Positions 63,401 through 64,000 of a stretch of DNA of 64,000 bases are shown here, in pieces (the first letter of the stretch is position 1; each line of letters starts with the position of its first letter). Source of the DNA: Telluribacter humicola (GTDB lineage Bacteria; Bacteroidota; Bacteroidia; Cytophagales; Spirosomataceae). Under the pieces are notes generated by a model, which ran no database searches, was not told the origin of the DNA, and worked only from the letters and a program-made list of their open reading frames with translations. The stretch is from contig JBEBSD010000030.1 of assembly GCA_040394475.1 (NCBI GenBank), forward strand, positions 33 through 64,032. The letters are read 5' to 3'. The position numbers were made by a program, and so were the translations under genes.

Positions 63401-64000
63401 AGTCCCGGGCATCTTGAAAAAATATTTGATAATTTCTTTCAGGAGTATAATAGTGATATGCCCAACAGAGGCTACGGGATAGGATTGGCGCTCGCCAGGA
63501 GTATCGTCGAACGCCATGGCGGGCTTTTAACCGTGACCAGCCAGGCGGACGGAGAGACCTGCTTCAGCGTTCAGATTTTGAAAGGAAACGATCATTTTAA
63601 CGCTTCACAGCTGTCCGAATCTCCATTACTCATCGGGATGACTGATTACCCGGAGACCAGGGAGAACAGGTTGTTAGCTGGTGCCCGGCGAAGGGCACAG
63701 AAATACACCCTGTTACTTATTGAAGACAATGAAGAATTAAGAGCTTTTGGAAGAGAGGCGCTTCAGAGTACTTATAACATCCTGGAAGCAGGCAATGGAC
63801 GAACCGGGATAGAAATGGCAAGAGAACACTTGCCGCAGCTCATTGTAAGTGATATCATGATGCCGGAAATGAATGGGCTGGATCTGTGTATCGCCCTGAA
63901 GTCCGATGTCCGCACAAGCCATATACCCCTTATACTCCTGACCGCCAAGGGAGCTACTGATCATATGATTCAAGGTCTGAAGGCGGGCGCCGATGCTTAC
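60440..64000 (+). CDS. Hybrid two-component sensor (beta-propeller repeats, Y_Y_Y, TM, HisKA/HATPase, receiver), 3'-truncated by the window end
   Basis: This gene is not in the supplied ORF track because it has no stop within the window. I translated frame 2 manually at the 5' end (about 60392-60900), the H-box and the 3' end, all in the same frame; the rest is taken as open because the track lists no stop-bounded + ORF there. Motifs seen: AQAIFHHLTTQEG..VIKIIEDREGLMWFGTTDGL (propeller repeats), NRYAFRLEGFEKQWNY..GSYTFLIKAANNDGYWS (Y_Y_Y), the TM WYAYLAYLLMTIALVYAI, H-box FFTNVSHEIRTHL, the G-box region NRGYGIGLALARSIVERHGG, and the receiver LLLIEDNEELR..LIVSDIMMPEMNG. The start is either a TTG at 60440 (which gives a signal-like N-terminus) or the ATG at 60494. 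Confidence 0.85.
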   Translation, partial: MKYPAVFFCLTSFWVVQFHVGAQAIFHHLTTQEGAPANSTVIKIIEDREGLMWFGTTDGLFRFDSRVFKKYVYDSENSRSITTSYIQDIICDSHDDLWIAAPNGLTRYNKTSDTFTSFRHDPENANSLSSDRIYTILEDSQGGFWVGTGKGLNYLTIEGADVQVTRYRLTDNQSDSVRVRSLAEGPDGTLWIGTWSGLVRMRKDGTFRTTFDYAEKGKYPSKNIFNTIYAGENNTIWLAPRSGGLFRFDVLTQTLRMVPDFKTADNAFPEVTRIVPDKQNGFWIATTSGLAHLDTLHRHCHWYTNKHMNPNSLSDNALLGLCMDRQGGVWLGTYNAGVDYFYPGSVDAFVSPVFWDSAATQPFDAAWVGRHKRRGLWAVSEDRRKIVFMDPGTKKQAVFSISLTSPNTYNSFYVDSSGVVWAGGEAILSGYDLNKGEMKEYPLRVTGNSLKGRIYSIYEDRTGRLWVGGAFGLLLFDRRRGLFQEVYKSDGTSLSAVSLRVTAIFEDSGKNLWVGGAAEVYVSRPGAKGFERIQVDQSADPSRLATISAIREDISDRLWFGTGSAGLQVYDPVLNRVSGYHHGEKIPVDEAFDILTDRSGFIWINDQRGGLTRYHPDTRNTQQYDYMDGLPSNQVKASAGFQDVDGTLYFGTTKGVVGFNPIAIRINSHPAPLLFSSLKLFNEPVNVGDETGILNQSLPASTGIELRHDQNIFTLEFAALNYIRPDKNRYAFRLEGFEKQWNYSSNPSATYMNLSPGSYTFLIKAANNDGYWSENPARLAVAILPPWWQTWYAYLAYLLMTIALVYAITRFFWIRSSFRKESELYQAKLDFFTNVSHEIRTHLALIGGPLQKVFQSPSIDADNRNLLGYAKRNSDNLMALVNELLTFRKMESGDVTLRVSEENLVDNIKMVHAAFEHAFREKHIETQLEFPGNKISLWYDASQMQKVFYNLLGNACKFTPEGGRVRVLVAEDDRRVRVTIADNGRGISPGHLEKIFDNFFQEYNSDMPNRGYGIGLALARSIVERHGGLLTVTSQADGETCFSVQILKGNDHFNASQLSESPLLIGMTDYPETRENRLLAGARRRAQKYTLLLIEDNEELRAFGREALQSTYNILEAGNGRTGIEMAREHLPQLIVSDIMMPEMNGLDLCIALKSDVRTSHIPLILLTAKGATDHMIQGLKAGADAY

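Overview
The window looks like a Bacteroidota chromosome segment, probably Cytophagales-like. That is inferred from two SusC/SusD pairs, an ECF-sigma/FecR/STN-SusC signalling module, a T9SS C-terminal sorting domain, a BACON lipoprotein and a Y_Y_Y hybrid two-component sensor.

Most of the window is housekeeping or PUL-type coding sequence: mutS2, lgt, prmC, ribD, aroE, PTPS plus folE, fba, secA, psd, nuoJ, two MoxR ATPases, an aldehyde dehydrogenase and a Zn-ADH.

Three things stand out.

1. Positions about 319-5053 are a visibly A+T-rich accessory island. It sits just downstream of what looks like a truncated tRNA 3' end. It holds an array of orphan polymorphic-toxin C-terminal cassettes, each followed by a small immunity-like gene. 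Two cassettes carry start-less RHS-core tips. One ends in a colicin-E3-type rRNase domain, one has an HExxH motif, and one is DUF4258-like.

2. Several families of hairpin-forming and tandem intergenic repeats recur across the window. They fill unusually long non-coding tracts at 37783-38420, 51139-51996, 53056-54082 and 57308-58083.

3. The regulatory neighbourhood at 58084-64000 has three parts: a LuxR-type response regulator whose phospho-acceptor Asp is replaced by Gly, two tandem XRE paralogs, and an iterated GGGGT-N-TTTGTCA motif array upstream of a hybrid sensor kinase. That kinase gene is absent from the supplied ORF track because it runs off the window end.

A free-standing NUMOD4/HNH homing-endonuclease-like gene also overlaps the 3' end of an IscA-like gene that appears to lack its C-terminal Cys pair. 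No CRISPR array, rRNA, integrase or transposase was recognised. All family assignments come from motif recognition by eye and need HMM or BLAST confirmation.
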